A stretch of 64,000 nucleotides of DNA from Paragordius varius (Eukaryota > Animalia > Nematomorpha). Below are positions 61,601-64,000 of this stretch, piece by piece (position 1 is the first letter of the stretch; each line of letters opens with the position of its first letter). The stretch is taken from the NCBI GenBank assembly GCA_964247055.1, contig OZ176055.1, positions 8,184,001 to 8,248,000 on the forward strand. The letters run 5' to 3'. Under the pieces are notes generated by a model that did no database searches, was not told where the DNA came from, and saw nothing but the letters and a program-made list of their open reading frames with translations. The position numbers were made by a program, and so were the translations under genes.

Positions 61601-63802
61601 TTAAAATTTACTTTCCTTTCACTATTTGTGACATTAAGTAATTGTAGGCTGTAGGCGGTTGAACAAATGCATTTTCCAATGGACCATATAAAATGCGATA
61701 TCTTGCCTTTATTTTTTCCAAATCTATCTGAAAAATCAATAGATTTTTTTAACATTTTTTAGCATGATAATTTTTTCATAAATCTAGGCAGTTTAAAATA
61801 TTTAAATTATATGTATTTATTTTTAAATGTAATCCATCTATTTATATATTTTTATAATAGTAACAATTGTACAAATACCTCAGATCGGGTAACAATAATC
61901 CAATTAATCAAGTCTTGGTGATTGGTATTAATTGCATGAGCCAAGTAATCGCAAAAATACTCAATACTATCTATAATGTACCAACCTAAACCATAATAAA
62001 AGGATTTGAATCTAAGAATTATCTCTAATTTATAAATAAACATTAAATTGATAGAGAAAATTTTTTAAAATTCAATATAAAGAATCGAATAAAGTTAATA
62101 TAAAAATTTGAAACTCAACACCCGACCTAAGCATCGGCGGGAATTATTTTACAAATTAAACGAAAAATATTATATTTGACGAGAAGAGAGTTTCGCTGGA
62201 ATTTATCAGTCAATGTGTTAAGAAAAATATATTTTTTGGCTATAAAAACAAATCTCATAAATTCAGATTTTATATTAAATTTGGAATATTAATGAAAATT
62301 TCGAAATAATTTATTGTCACAACTTTTTCACACTTTTTAATTTCCAATTTTTATTAACAATTTTACATATTGAAATATCAAATTTATCAGATGGTTAAAT
62401 TTAATTTTATAATATACAAACGGTTTTAACTATTTCTGGATAAAAACAAATATATGCCAATAAAATTGGACAAAGTTGAAAAAAATATTTTTACCATTTC
62501 ATATCAATTATCACGTTTATATATTTTTTGTTAAATAAGTTATTAAAAATATGGTAATGTATGTACCCCGTGCTAATAAGGCATGTTGAAATGGACCAGC
62601 ATAATTTTGTGAAATCGTTTCTGATAGGTCTAAATTAGTTATCTGAATAAAAGCAATTTAAGTTTATCTATGTATATACTTGTTTGTATTCTCTGATTAC
62701 GGACTTTATATGGTTAGGTTCCCGTTTAGTAAAAAGGTTAATGATAAATTCTTCATTTTGCCAACTTGAAAACTGTATGAAAAAAAGGCGTACAGCAAAA
62801 AAAGTTTCACGGACCAAACGTAAAAATATAAGGACAAATATTTTTTGTCAAAAGGCAGCTGTATTTTTTAAACTTGTAGTCATATATAATTCATTGTCTT
62901 AAAGTGCAAGTAGAAACTAAAATGTAACCTAGTAACACAATTAATATATATTCTACGATTGTAATTACGTAATTCTAGAAAAGATTAAGGGGTGTTTTGA
63001 AAAAAATATTCGTCTTTATGTTTTTACGTTTTGTCTGCATAAAATCAATTTTTACTGTATATAAAAGTTAAACTTTTATCAAAAATTCCACATCATTATC
63101 AATGCTATTCGTGTGATCGGATTTGTTGCTTTCGTTATAACTAGTACACAGTTTCAACAGGAATTTTTTTATGTTACCCGATGTGCGCCCAGATATTTTA
63201 TCTGTAAGGCTAATATTATACGTTGTCCCAAAGACATTTAGTAAATTTTCCATCTCCTGAATAAAATATATTATACCCCATTTATCTTTTCAGCAAATAC
63301 ATTTTATAACTGAAAAACAATATTTTTTAATTCAATGACAATATTTTTACCCAAAAGCAGTTTTTATTTAAAGGCAAAATCTATCATTCCAAAATTTTTT
63401 TTATATAAAATATAATTTAATAACAATAGGTTTGGGTAAACATTTTGCTAAAATTGTTTTTAAATAAATAAATTCGGAATATTATTCGATTGTTCAAAAA
63501 GTATTAAACTATCCAGTAAAAAATGTTGTTTTTTTTAACTTATATGCAGCCCCTATTAAATTTTAAAAAAGGTTAAATTAACACAAGTTAAAACATCTGC
63601 TGTTTTATAAAAAATTTAAAAAAACCATGTGAGTTCGTGAACATAAAATGCATAGTAATAGTCGATAATTTATATCAGAGTCTTGGTTGGATAGCGCAGT
63701 GAATATGGATGTTGCATCCCTCAGAGCAGTTTCTTGCATTAGAGAAAGCATAATTTTGCAAACACTGCTATTGACTTGAAAAGTCAATTCTGAATCCAGA
63801 TC
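58624..63802 (-). CDS. Divergent annexin locus with two four-repeat modules (one octad protein or two tandem genes); 5' end outside the window
   Basis: Module 1: DLDSEL..LMQETALRDA..ILCSRT, ISGRTSGNIKKFL, ALLARG..YFCDYL..IVTRSE|IDLEKIK. Module 2: GDDDTMIGILCS, TEILFAKS, QSLENYVKQEAS, NPLRYF..ILSKRT|EPIF..LLLKLC. Splice phases are consistent throughout. Confidence 0.85.
60298..60541. mobile_element. MITE, CCATTTACA family, short copy 3
   Basis: ta|CCATTTACA...TGTAAATGG|ta with caaattcaccc repeats. Lies in an annexin intron. Confidence 0.8.
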
Positions 63803-64000
63803 CTATGTTGTTATTAAAGAAAACAATGCATAAAATTGGGTGGTATTAAAAATGACCTGATGTAATATTTACATTATAATAGATAAATGTATCTAGATTC
63901 TATGATACAAATGCTCAGCATCATCGAATTATAGCGCAAATTTTGCCATGTTCGATATGGAGCAATTACCAAAGTGTAAATATATTTCTTAAATGACTTG

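Overview
A very AT-rich animal (invertebrate) nuclear segment, not prokaryotic. Reading across GT-AG junctions on both strands gives spliced models for shugoshin (-), DEPDC5 (+), HMG-CoA lyase (-), FIG4 (-), NDUFS8 (+), and a divergent annexin locus with up to 8 repeats (-, cut by the window edge). It also gives a single-exon neuropeptide precursor (-), a 93-aa secreted Cys-rich protein absent from the ORF track (+) and one uncharacterised gene (-). These are interleaved with two hAT transposons, RTE LINEs, a non-autonomous Helitron and several MITE families. Main result: 20 spliceosomal micro-introns of 20-30 nt (mode 24) across six genes. Most are required to restore conserved reading frames, and they coexist with kb-sized, transposon-filled introns. 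The window also shows a 23-nt intron apparently enlarged by a 25-bp duplication, a DEPDC5 junction with no AG acceptor, and only 49 bp between the FIG4 and NDUFS8 start codons. All gene models are manual and lack transcript support. Comparisons with human proteins and intron positions are from memory and need verification. The species cannot be identified from this sequence alone.
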